A stretch of 17,426 nucleotides of DNA from a virus. Lineage: Duplodnaviria; Heunggongvirae; Uroviricota; Caudoviricetes. This document shows positions 1 through 8,130 of the stretch, one piece after another (the first letter of the stretch is position 1; every line of letters starts with the position of its first letter). Location of the stretch: IMG/VR virus record IMGVR_UViG_3300000292_000062. The stretch is one strand, 5' to 3'. A model generated the notes under the pieces. The model was not told the DNA's origin. It was given only the letters and a program-made list of their open reading frames with translations, and did no database searches. A program made the position numbers and the translations under genes.

Positions 1-558
1 GCTGCATTTATCCTTCGTGATATCGGACGTCGGCTGGTCATATTCATCCGCGACTGCCGGACCGTGATAACCGCACTCATCACCGCGATAGGTCCAGGTG
101 CAGGTGTTGGCCAGCATGATACGCCCCGGAAAAACAGCGCCATCCGTTTCCGTCGGCGTGGACAGTACAAAGGAGGCACTCACCGCGCTCAGTTCGCTGC
201 ACTGCTCGATGCGCCAGCGGCTGATCACCTCCTGCNNNNNNNNNNGGACCACCGTTCCGCCGACCAGACTCTGCATATCTTCCACCATACCGGTGACCAT
301 GCCGTACAGGTTAGAGACTGCCAGCGTGGGCCGCGTACTGGTGCCTTTGCCATTCAGTTCAAAACCGCTCCCCTGAATGGGATACGCCTGATACTGCCTC
401 CCCTGCCAGGTGACCGGCTCACCTTTTTCGTTCTGCTCATTACAGAAAAAATAACGTTCTCCACCGACCTCTGTCAGATCGATTTCCCAGAGCACCACGC
501 TGGCCGACTGCTCCGCACGGGTGCATTCATTCAATGTTTCCTGCCGGATATCCTGCAT
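1..558 (-). CDS. L: Minor tail protein L, second copy (L'), partial: runs off the window start and is interrupted by the N run at 236-245
   Basis: Minus-strand translation from ATG at 556-558 reads MQDIRQETLNECTRAEQSASVVLWEID, matching the lambda gpL N-terminus as recalled. Start overlaps the M' stop (ATGA). About 70 nt present in the paralogous copy at 1097-1166 is replaced here by 10 N, so the downstream frame cannot be trusted. Confidence 0.75.
   Translation of the reverse strand, partial: MQDIRQETLNECTRAEQSASVVLWEIDLTEVGGERYFFCNEQNEKGEPVTWQGRQYQAYPIQGSGFELNGKGTSTRPTLAVSNLYGMVTGMVEDMQSLVGGTVVXXXXQEVISRWRIEQCSELSAVSASFVLSTPTETDGAVFPGRIMLANTCTWTYRGDECGYHGPAVADEYDQPTSDITKDKCS
236..245. other. 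Assembly gap or masked bases (10 N) inside L'
   Basis: Run of N seen directly; comparison with the L paralog shows the true missing length is about 70 nt. Confidence 0.95.
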
Positions 559-887
559 CAGTTCACCACCTGTTCAAACTCTGCGCTGAACTCAACACGC
601 AGCATACTGACCCGCGACGACCATTTTGCGCAGGTCACCTTTATCTGCCTGTAACCATAAGGCGGCGTCCACAGAAAGGCCTTCCAGCCCCCGTGCTCAG
701 CCAGAAACGACTCCAGCGCCGTGGCCTCCTCACGGGAGACAGACAGCGTCACGCTGTACGTTTTCAGGTCAGCGTTCAGCCCGGCAGGCGCACGCTGGGA
801 ATAGCCATCACCAAAGCGCACCTCCCTGACGGAAGGAGCCGATGTCACATCCATCCCGGGTTTCACTTTCCAGCGGAAGGTTTTCAT
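558..887 (-). CDS. M: Minor tail protein M, second copy (M'), close to lambda gpM
   Basis: Translation MKTFRWKVKPGMDVTSAPSVREVRFGDGYSQRAPAGLNADLKTYSVTLSV...MLRVEFSAEFEQVVN is roughly 90% identical to lambda gpM as recalled. ATG at 885-887 is preceded by GGAGGTGGACG; stop overlaps the L' start. Confidence 0.85.
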   Translation of the reverse strand: MKTFRWKVKPGMDVTSAPSVREVRFGDGYSQRAPAGLNADLKTYSVTLSVSREEATALESFLAEHGGWKAFLWTPPYGYRQIKVTCAKWSSRVSMLRVEFSAEFEQVVN

Positions 888-907
888 CGTCCACCTCCGG
901 AGAACAG

Positions 908-917
908 NNNNNNNNNN
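908..917. other. Assembly gap or masked bases (10 N) between truncated L and M'
   Basis: Run of N seen directly; L is cut at about residue 187 of an expected ~232. Confidence 0.95.
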
Positions 918-1481
918 AGCCGGACCGTGATAACCGCACTCATCACCGCGATAGGTCCAGGTGCAGGTATTAGCCAGCATGATGCGCCCCGGAAAAACAG
1001 CACCGTCCGTTTCCGTCGGCGTGGACAGTACAAAAGAGGCACTGACCGCGCTCAGTTCGCTGCACTGCTCGATGCGCCAGCGGCTGATCACCTCCTGCTC
1101 CGGATCGGCGTCACTGTTTCCGTTGACGAAGTTCACCGCATCCAGAAAACGGGCGTAAACCTTACGCCTGACCACCGTTCCGCCGACCAGACTCTGCAGG
1201 TCTTCCGCCATCCCGGTGACCATTCCGTGCAGGTTAGAAACCGTCAGTGTCGGACGGGCAGCACTGCCCTTGCCGTTCAGTTCAAATCCCGTCCCCTGAA
1301 TGGGGTATGCCTGATACTGCCGCCCCTGCCAGGTAACCGGCTCACCTTTTTCGTTCTGCTCATTACAGAAAAAATAACGTTCACCACCGACCTCTGTCAG
1401 ATCGATTTCCCAGAGCACCGCCTGGGCTGACTGAGTGAGGCGTGTCGTCTCATGATGTGTTTCCTGTGGAATATCCTGCAT
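918..1481 (-). CDS. L: Minor tail protein L, first copy, N-terminal ~187 aa; 3' end lost in the N run
   Basis: Translation MQDIPQETHHETTRLTQSAQAVLWEIDLTEVGGERYFFCNEQNEKGEPVTWQGRQY...TWTYRGDECGYHGPA aligns with lambda gpL. ATG at 1479-1481 with GGAGG upstream. About 90% but not 100% identical to L' at 1-558. Confidence 0.8.
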
Positions 1482-1490
1482 CAGAGCCTC

Positions 1491-1820
1491 CTATGCCACG
1501 ACCTGTTCAAAATCTGCCGTTATGGTTACCCACAACGCCCCCACGCTTGCCGACCATTTACGACAAACCACCCTGATCGGCTTCCAGTCATAAGGTGGCG
1601 TCCACTGAAATGCGCGGACGCCACCGTGCCGTTCCAGAAAGGATTTTAAAGATGGGTGTTCACATTTACGAACACGTATCGTCACGCTGTAAGTCGACAA
1701 CTGGTTATTCAGTCCCGCCGCACGACGCTGTTCATAACCATCGCCCAGCTTCACTGTCACCACTTTCGGCTCTGATACCACATTCATATCCGGGCGCACT
1801 TTCCAGTGAAACGTCTCCAT
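1491..1820 (-). CDS. M: Minor tail protein M, divergent copy
   Basis: 109 aa, same length and position as lambda gpM, about half the residues conserved (FxWKVxPxM, GDGYxQR, TYSVT, WTPPY, ADFEQVV). Start overlaps the H stop by 1 nt. Confidence 0.8.
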   Translation of the reverse strand: METFHWKVRPDMNVVSEPKVVTVKLGDGYEQRRAAGLNNQLSTYSVTIRVRKCEHPSLKSFLERHGGVRAFQWTPPYDWKPIRVVCRKWSASVGALWVTITADFEQVVA

Positions 1821-4800
1821 TACCGATATGCTCCACTTAACCGACCACCATCACGGGCCTGCTGTTGCATAAAGTCCGCTGCCGCTTTTTTCCCAAGGTC
1901 ATAAACCACCTTCAGGGCAGCAGGACCTATCTGCCCGTTCGTGCCATCGTTATTGATCTCGATGTTGTACTGCGGGGCAAACATCGCCATACCTGAACCA
2001 CCAATATCCGCCACAACCCCCAGCTTACCGTCAGCACCACGACGCAGTGGCAGAATGGCTTCAGGTCCAGCTTCCCCCATCACACCCGCGCCTTTTGCAA
2101 AAGCAAAAAACGTCGGACGGTTAACCACCGTGCCACTGTAGCGACTCAAATCAGCCGACTGATAAACACCGCCATCAGCATTGGCTACAAAATCAAAAGG
2201 CAGCGCGGAAGCAATGCCTTTTACCGCTTTCATTAAAGCTATCTGAGCCATGATTCTGGACATATCTGACAGCACAGAAGAGGTGAAGGATTTGAAATTG
2301 AGTTTGCCTGTAGTACAGAATGTCGCCAGCCAGTCACTCATGCTACTGAACGCAGACGTGAACAACTGTTCCACTGTCCCGGCTGTGTTATCCGCATTCT
2401 CAGTGACATTCTGGAGTGCACGCAGGACTCCGTTTTTCCAATTACCCTGAGCAATTTCAAGCCGTTGCCAGTAACGGCGATTCTCATTCAGTTGTCGGTT
2501 CAGACTCTCCGTCAGCGCCTGCTCGGCCTTTCTGTAGTCATCCGTGTTATATGTCCCTTTCTGCTCACTATCCCGCCTCAACTGCTCCAGCTGTTGCTGG
2601 TATTTCTGGCGAAGACTCAGTTGTACCTGATATCGCTGCCGCTGCTGATCACCCATACCCACCGTGGCGATATCCAGGTCATGTTGCTGACGCTGAGCGC
2701 GCTCTTCTTCAGCCAGTTGACTGGTCAGCTGAATTGTTTTTTTCTTCAGATCGTTGAGTGCCGTCTGTTTCTGAAGCTCCTGCTGTTTTACATCCAGCAG
2801 CGTCAGTGCCTGAATCAGTTCATCTTTACGGGCCAGCACACTCTTTTCATCTGCCGTCAGTTTTTTCCCGTCCAGATCGCTGATGCGCTGCTGCAGAGCC
2901 AGAAGCTGTTTATGCGCTTCTGTCATCTTTTCAGTGGCAATGCCTGCTGACTGTCTTGCAGCAGCAATCTGTCCTTCCACCTGTGCCTGTTGCTGACTGT
3001 ACTGCAGCAATAACCGGGTGGCCTCATCATTACGGGTTTCGCGTGTTTTTTTCTTACCGGATGCCAGGGCTTTCTCGTAACGTTCATTTTCACGTTGTAT
3101 CGCCGCATCCCTGACAGCCTGATCGGCGTACTGCATGGCATTAATACGCGCAATTTCACGCTGATGTCGTGCAGCTTCCGTTTCATTCATCCGGTTCAGT
3201 GCAGCATTTTCAGCATTACGGCGTTTCTGTTGCTCCTGATAATTCCGCTCTGCCTGCTCTTTTGCATCCTGCAAATCCTTCTGGCGTTTTTTCTCCTGAA
3301 GATCGTTAAGACGCTGCTGATCGTATTCAACCTGAGAAGATGATGCCGTCCAGGGGAGTCTTTTCGCCCGCGACACTTTCTCCTGCAAAGTGGCAATCTG
3401 CGCATCCAGCGAATCTTCACGACCAATATTCATGGCCGCATCCCAGAACTGCTTCCACCAGTCAGACAAAGTTTGCAGCGTACTGCCCAGCGCATTGAGG
3501 TTATTATCAATATCCGCAGTACGCCGACCGGTTTCCTCTGCCAGTGCAGACATGGCTATCCGTGCCGCATCACTGGACCGCCCCTGCTCTCCAAGGACGC
3601 GTATCTGCTCAAGCTGAGTGGCAGTAAGAAAATGCAGCTCATTGTCCAGAGACTTCGCGGCATTTACAGGATCATCCTTCAGCCGCTTAAACTGATTTAT
3701 GGTATCGCTGACCGACTGGCCAACCGATCGCTCCATCTGTGCGGCAGCTCTCGCCACCATACCGATATCGTTTCCACGAAATGCACCACTCCCCACCACC
3801 TGAGCCAGCGCACCGGCTGCAGCATGTTGCGTGATACCATTCCCGGAAATAGCACGACTGAGCGTCCACAGCTGCCCGGCAGTGACTCCGGCATAATGCC
3901 CCGTCAGCGACAGCTGGCGGTTAAATTCTTCCCCCTCCTTCTGACCGTCATACCAGGCTTTACCCAGGCCATAGACAGCCGCGGCAATACCGCCAATAAC
4001 CCCGCCAAGCATCATGCCTTTCGGTGACATCAATGTGTCTATCCACCCGGCACGGTTAGCCAGCGTTATTCCGGATCCCCTCAGCGCACCTAAATTTCCG
4101 CGGGCCAGTTCACCTATCAGAACGCCTATCTCCTGACGGGCCGCTGCACTTTTCAGCCCCAGCGAATGCGTGGCTTTTCCTGCCTGCTCCATTTTGCGGA
4201 TATACACTTCTGCAGCACTGCTTACCCCCAGCTGGGCAGCCTTGGCACGAAGCAACTCAGAAGAAGAAAGATTCTGGCGGGTTGCCTGCTCTTTAAGCTG
4301 ACGGATAAACGCCACTTTCTGTCGGGTAGCCTCTTCCTCAGCCTGTGTAAGAACACGGGTTTTCGCCGTAACCTCAGAAATCAGCGCCAGATAATCCTGC
4401 TGACCAATCCCGCCACTGTTTCTGGCCTGNNNNNNNNNNNNNNNNNNNNNNNNNNNNNNNNNNNNNNNNNNNNNNNNNNNNNNNNNNNNNNNNNNNNNNN
4501 NNNNNNNNNNNNNNNNNNNNNNNNNNNNNNNNNNNNNNNGCAGACCCGCACTGGCCTGTTTCACACTGTCAATCTGACGATAAAACGCAGCAGCCGCTTT
4601 ATCCTGAGCCTCCGCCAGAGCCATGGCCTGCGCCTGTTCCTCGCGCATTTTCTGGCTCAGCGCCTCCATACGCTGGCGGGTTTTCTCCACCTCGCGGGCC
4701 ATGCGTTCATGAGCCTGTGCGTTCTTCTCCACCGTCTGCGCATGGACGGATGCGGCTGTTGCAGCCGAAGACGCCGCCTGCGTTGTCTGCCGGGCGGCCT

Positions 4801-4954
4801 GAGTCTGACGCTCCATAAAACGCTGCATACGGGCAGAAGACCGTTCTGCATCGCTGGCTGCACCATTCAGAAGGTTTTTGATACGGGGGATTTCATTTTT
4901 AAACTCTGCCGCATCAATCCCCAAATCAATGACCAGGTTGGCTATCTGGTCCAT
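1820..4954 (-). CDS. H: Tail tape measure protein (gpH-like), interrupted by a 110-N gap
   Basis: C-terminus ...EINNDGTNGQIGPAALKVVYDLGKKAAADFMQQQARDGGRLSGAYR matches the lambda gpH C-terminus. Long Ala/Gln/Glu/Arg-rich coiled-coil N-terminal two thirds. Probable start is MDQIANLVIDLGID at 4952-4954, preceded by GGAGGTG; the ORF-track start at 4984 is an in-frame extension. Confidence 0.85.
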   Translation of the reverse strand: MDQIANLVIDLGIDAAEFKNEIPRIKNLLNGAASDAERSSARMQRFMERQTQAARQTTQAASSAATAASVHAQTVEKNAQAHERMAREVEKTRQRMEALSQKMREEQAQAMALAEAQDKAAAAFYRQIDSVKQASAGLXXXXXXXXXXXXXXXXXXXXXXXXXXXXXXXXXXXXXQARNSGGIGQQDYLALISEVTAKTRVLTQAEEEATRQKVAFIRQLKEQATRQNLSSSELLRAKAAQLGVSSAAEVYIRKMEQAGKATHSLGLKSAAARQEIGVLIGELARGNLGALRGSGITLANRAGWIDTLMSPKGMMLGGVIGGIAAAVYGLGKAWYDGQKEGEEFNRQLSLTGHYAGVTAGQLWTLSRAISGNGITQHAAAGALAQVVGSGAFRGNDIGMVARAAAQMERSVGQSVSDTINQFKRLKDDPVNAAKSLDNELHFLTATQLEQIRVLGEQGRSSDAARIAMSALAEETGRRTADIDNNLNALGSTLQTLSDWWKQFWDAAMNIGREDSLDAQIATLQEKVSRAKRLPWTASSSQVEYDQQRLNDLQEKKRQKDLQDAKEQAERNYQEQQKRRNAENAALNRMNETEAARHQREIARINAMQYADQAVRDAAIQRENERYEKALASGKKKTRETRNDEATRLLLQYSQQQAQVEGQIAAARQSAGIATEKMTEAHKQLLALQQRISDLDGKKLTADEKSVLARKDELIQALTLLDVKQQELQKQTALNDLKKKTIQLTSQLAEEERAQRQQHDLDIATVGMGDQQRQRYQVQLSLRQKYQQQLEQLRRDSEQKGTYNTDDYRKAEQALTESLNRQLNENRRYWQRLEIAQGNWKNGVLRALQNVTENADNTAGTVEQLFTSAFSSMSDWLATFCTTGKLNFKSFTSSVLSDMSRIMAQIALMKAVKGIASALPFDFVANADGGVYQSADLSRYSGTVVNRPTFFAFAKGAGVMGEAGPEAILPLRRGADGKLGVVADIGGSGMAMFAPQYNIEINNDGTNGQIGPAALKVVYDLGKKAAADFMQQQARDGGRLSGAYR
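4430..4539. other. Assembly gap or masked bases (110 N) inside the tape measure gene
   Basis: Run of N seen directly; the H frame stays open across it. Confidence 0.95.
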
Positions 4955-5255
4955 AACGCACACCTCCGGAAATACCTTCCCCAAGATGCATCAGTTCTTC
5001 GTCCGTTCGCTCCGGTATCCCGTTCTCTTCCGGTAAAAGGCTGAAATCAGCCACCGCAGCATCACTGCTGCCGGACACCATTCTCACGATCAATGCCTTC
5101 AGCGAGGCAAACTGCGCATCCATCCACACATCACTGAAGCTCTGCATCCGGAAATAATCGCCCCACTCACCAAGCTCAGTGGCCGACATTTCCGACAGCA
5201 TCCGCCGCCAGTCTGCCCGCCGGAACTCCCGGGCAAGCCGCATGACAAACTGCAT
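4926..5255 (-). CDS. T: T segment of the tail assembly chaperone, expected to be expressed as a G-T fusion by -1 frameshift
   Basis: ORF in the -1 frame relative to G, between G and H as in lambda. The T frame opens only 4 codons upstream of the slippery heptamer. The 3' end overlaps the H start by 29 nt. Confidence 0.6.
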   Translation of the reverse strand: MQFVMRLAREFRRADWRRMLSEMSATELGEWGDYFRMQSFSDVWMDAQFASLKALIVRMVSGSSDAAVADFSLLPEENGIPERTDEELMHLGEGISGGVRYGPDSQPGH

Positions 5256-5263
5256 TTCCCGCG

Positions 5264-5653
5264 TCAGGACTTTTCCGGCGTCAGCGCCTCATGCTCATCA
5301 TCCCCGGCATTATCAATGGCCCCCATACCGCTCAGCGACAGAACCATCTCCGCCCCCGCACCCAGGGCATCATACGACCATGTTGTAATAACGGATGCGC
5401 AAAGCGTCTCTACATCCTTAGACTGATCCGCATTCCACAGTGAGCGGGAAACCAGCCAGGCATTGATATCCATCCCCATCCGCAGAAAAGCAATCTGTCG
5501 TTCAGCCTCCGGCAGTTCTCCCTCACCGGCATCAAACTTTGCCGTTCGCTGCTGAACAAACGCCAGATATTCAATTCTCTGCAACCCGGACAGCTCACTG
5601 AGCACCACGGACTGTTTTTCATAATTAAACGTGCCCTGTTTCAGAAACATCAT
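5264..5653 (-). CDS. G: Tail assembly chaperone G
   Basis: Position between V and T/H. Translation MMFLKQGTFNYEKQSVVLSELSGLQRIEYLAF... resembles lambda gpG (MFLK..., LSELSALQRIEHLAL) as recalled. Start taken at the internal Met rather than the ORF-track start at 5692. Confidence 0.7.
   Translation of the reverse strand: MMFLKQGTFNYEKQSVVLSELSGLQRIEYLAFVQQRTAKFDAGEGELPEAERQIAFLRMGMDINAWLVSRSLWNADQSKDVETLCASVITTWSYDALGAGAEMVLSLSGMGAIDNAGDDEHEALTPEKS
5270..5276 (-). promoter_or_regulatory. Putative programmed -1 ribosomal frameshift site GGAAAAG (G GAA AAG)
   Basis: Minus-strand sequence ...ACG CCG GAA AAG TCC TGA; the heptamer sits 2 codons before the G stop and differs by one base from lambda's G GGA AAG. 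The -1 frame (GGA AAA GTC...) leads into the T ORF. Confidence 0.45.
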
Positions 5654-5710
5654 GTTCTCCACCTGCAAAAAAGCCCCGGATAACCGGGGCAAATGATGAG
5701 TATCGTCCTG

Positions 5711-6454
5711 TTAACCTGCGGCGCTGACAGTCACCGCAGCCACAGCCACAAAATTCCCGTCAGCGGTCATGCCCACAATGCTGACACTGCCCTGCTTCAC
5801 GCCTTTCACCGTGGCCACAAGCCCGTTCAGGGTCACCGTGGCAGTCTGTGGATCTGACGAATGCACACTGATCGCTTTGTCACTGGCTCCGTCAGGTTTT
5901 ACTGTAAAGGTCAGCGTGGTGGTTGCTCCCACTTTTACACTGGCAGATGCCGGTGCCACCGTCAGCCCGGTAACGCTCACTGTTTCAGTGCCTTCCTCTG
6001 CCAGATACGGACGCCCCACACCGCTGATTTTCACAGTGCGGGTCATCACGTCTTTTGAGGCAATGGTTTTACCCAGTGAACTCAGCCAGCCACGGAAAAC
6101 ATCAACAGTACCGTTGGGATATTTGATACGAAACGCGCAGACTTCACCGGAGTCGAACAACTGAACCAGTTTTTTCTGCCCGCTGTCACCCGGACGCCAG
6201 GCCAGCGTCGCCGAAGTATCACCGACTGATTTCTGCCCCTGGGTTGTCGTTTTCCAGTCTGCATCTTCATCATCGAGATAAGTATCATCTTCTGCATCAG
6301 CGGTCATTTCGCCAGGTTGCAGATCCTTCACCATCGCAAGACGCAGCCAGTCAGTGTCCGACAAAGGGTTCGCAAATGCGTCGCCGTTGCCGGTATACAT
6401 CCAGAACGTCGTCCCCGCACCTTTCGTCTTTGCCAGTGGATTTGGTGTGGTCAT
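5711..6454 (-). CDS. V: Major tail protein V with C-terminal Ig-like domain
   Basis: Translation from MTTPNPLAKTKGAGTTFWMYTGNGDAFANPLSDTDWLRLA...YLDDEDADW...NGTVDVFRGW aligns with lambda gpV ([20 protein letters not shown]...). Ser/Thr/Val-rich C-terminus as in the gpV Ig-like domain. ATG at 6452-6454 preceded by AAGGAGGT. Confidence 0.85.
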   Translation of the reverse strand: MTTPNPLAKTKGAGTTFWMYTGNGDAFANPLSDTDWLRLAMVKDLQPGEMTADAEDDTYLDDEDADWKTTTQGQKSVGDTSATLAWRPGDSGQKKLVQLFDSGEVCAFRIKYPNGTVDVFRGWLSSLGKTIASKDVMTRTVKISGVGRPYLAEEGTETVSVTGLTVAPASASVKVGATTTLTFTVKPDGASDKAISVHSSDPQTATVTLNGLVATVKGVKQGSVSIVGMTADGNFVAVAAVTVSAAG

Positions 6455-6464
6455 TGCCACCTCC

Positions 6465-6866
6465 TTAATTCGTGTACGTGATCTGGTACGTGATTTCCGC
6501 CATCGCCCAGGTGGCCATCTCATTATCACGTTGATAGTTAAAACCGAGTGGGATCAGGGTGTCGATGAGTCCGGAAAGTGCCGGTACATCATTCAGGGCC
6601 GGGAAAATGGTGCTCTCCATCCACATATCCAGCTCTGAATCCGGTGCCTGTGCCCGGATGAAGACAGCAATATGCAGAACAGCCTGCCAGTCATCTTCAT
6701 CCGTCATTTTTCCGGTGTACTGAGCATCACTCAGCCACACCGCCACGGCAGGCAGTTCCTGCGCATCAACAAATGCCGGAAGCCCGTCAAAAAACGTGGC
6801 GCTGTCTCCACACTGTTCCCGAAGGCGTGCCAGTACGACCTGGCGGATTTGTGTATGTCGGTTCAT
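6465..6866 (-). CDS. U: Tail terminator protein U
   Basis: About 133 aa; motifs ATFFDG, PAVAV, YTG, DSELD.WMES match lambda gpU. ATG overlaps the Z stop (ATGA). Confidence 0.8.
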   Translation of the reverse strand: MNRHTQIRQVVLARLREQCGDSATFFDGLPAFVDAQELPAVAVWLSDAQYTGKMTDEDDWQAVLHIAVFIRAQAPDSELDMWMESTIFPALNDVPALSGLIDTLIPLGFNYQRDNEMATWAMAEITYQITYTN

Positions 6867-7441
6867 CGGGTCAGCCATAACCTCAGTTGTTGTTTCAGTG
6901 CATACCCCAGCTGTTTCGGCATTTCCGCAGCAATGATGCGGTCGCGGGCATCTTCAAATGCCTGTGTCAGCGGTCCGGACAGCGGGATTTTCACCACATC
7001 AATGGGGTAACGATTTTTGCCATCAATACGCCGCATCACATGCCAGCGACCATTCGCCAGTTGCTGAATAAACGCATCCCGGAAAAGATATTTACCCACC
7101 TTCAGCACACTGCCACGGTACTGCAGTTTTCCACCACGCCGGGCCAGTCTGACCCGGGCTGTCCCCAGCTTAATGGCGGGCAGATTGCCCCGGTTAACGC
7201 GGATCCTGGCCGTCATTTTTCCTGACGGACTGGCTTTAAACACCCGGACACGCTGACGTACCAGTTTCAGGGGGATCCCTTTCACCTGGTTATCTCCCGC
7301 AACGGTATTCCCGGCAACCTGCCGGGTGGCAACCGAGACCGCTTTCTGTGCCACACGGTTTATCGCCCATGCGCTGGCCTGTGGCACCATACGGGTATCA
7401 AGGCTGTTCAGATTGCGGATGGCATTCTCAAGCCCCTTCAT
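6863..7441 (-). CDS. Z: Tail completion protein Z
   Basis: 192 aa; MKGLENAIRNLN..., FIQQLANGRWHVMRRIDGKNRYPIDVVKIP..., LGYALKQQLR match lambda gpZ as recalled. Confidence 0.8.
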   Translation of the reverse strand: MKGLENAIRNLNSLDTRMVPQASAWAINRVAQKAVSVATRQVAGNTVAGDNQVKGIPLKLVRQRVRVFKASPSGKMTARIRVNRGNLPAIKLGTARVRLARRGGKLQYRGSVLKVGKYLFRDAFIQQLANGRWHVMRRIDGKNRYPIDVVKIPLSGPLTQAFEDARDRIIAAEMPKQLGYALKQQLRLWLTR

Positions 7442-7452
7442 CCCACACCTCT

Positions 7453-7728
7453 TTACTCAATAAAGATCATTGGCTTACCGTTAAAGCGTTCATGCCGTGT
7501 GACCGTCCATTGTTGTCCGTCATAAACAACGCGATCCCCGCGCCGTGGGCGGTATCCCGAAGAAAACACCACCAGAGAGACCGCAGGTCCGGACAGAGCA
7601 TTCAGCTCTGCCAGTGTTTCTCCCAGGATCACAGCCATATCGACATCATTAATCGAGGCTGTCTTTCCCATCTTTCTGACCGTGATCGCATCCATACGCG
7701 CTGCCAACCGGGAAAAGGGATCAGACAT
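7453..7728 (-). CDS. Small head-tail joining protein (FII-like position)
   Basis: 91-aa ORF between the head genes and Z, coupled by overlap to its neighbours. Assigned by position and size; sequence similarity to lambda FII is weak. Confidence 0.5.
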   Translation of the reverse strand: MSDPFSRLAARMDAITVRKMGKTASINDVDMAVILGETLAELNALSGPAVSLVVFSSGYRPRRGDRVVYDGQQWTVTRHERFNGKPMIFIE

Positions 7729-8044
7729 TGAGTTTTACCGGCACTTCTTCTGCACTGGTTCCGGCATCTGCCCAGACAACCCCGACCAGCGGATCAGAGC
7801 CGCTGTTAGTCAGCTGAACTTTTCCGGACTTCAGATAAACCTTCTTACCCGTTTTCATGTCATCCGTTTTCAGCTTAGGCAGCATAAACACACCTTCGGT
7901 CATGCCGTCGCCTGTTTCACCCTGTGGAATATCGGTCAGCGCCACCGCAAAAACATCGCCCACCTGCACCAGATCTCCGCTGCTGATGGCTGCACTGGCA
8001 ACAATCGCCACCGTTTTTCCTTCTTCTACAAAATTCTTTGCCAT
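7721..8044 (-). CDS. Small head-associated protein (possible head decoration or DUF2190-like)
   Basis: About 107 aa from MAKNFVEEGKTVAIVAS..., directly downstream of the capsid gene. GGAGA RBS 6 nt upstream of the ATG at 8042-8044. Function inferred from position only. Confidence 0.55.
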   Translation of the reverse strand: MAKNFVEEGKTVAIVASAAISSGDLVQVGDVFAVALTDIPQGETGDGMTEGVFMLPKLKTDDMKTGKKVYLKSGKVQLTNSGSDPLVGVVWADAGTSAEEVPVKLNV

Positions 8045-8086
8045 AACTGTCTCCGCACAGCCCCGTTCAGGGGCTGATTTCAGGTA

Positions 8087-8106
8087 CAAAAAAAGCCCTT
8101 ACGGGC
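8087..8106 (-). terminator. Candidate intrinsic terminator downstream of the capsid gene
   Basis: Minus strand reads GCCC-GTAA-GGGC followed by TTTTTTT, 25 nt after the capsid stop. The stem is only 4 bp; a second 7-bp hairpin (CAGCCCC/GGGGCTG, 8058-8076) lies next to it. Confidence 0.4.
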
Positions 8107-8130
8107 CATCAGAGTTGTTGTCTGCGACGT

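Noticed and set aside
64-5044. Many plus-strand ORFs of 60-300 aa (e.g. 64-654, 534-1430, 2465-2950, 3473-4027, 4166-5044) opposite the tail genes
   Set aside because: They lie antisense to well-supported minus-strand genes with clear lambda homology, in GC-rich sequence where antisense frames often stay open. The apparent protein repeat between 64-654 and 534-1430 is just the antisense image of the L/L' duplication.
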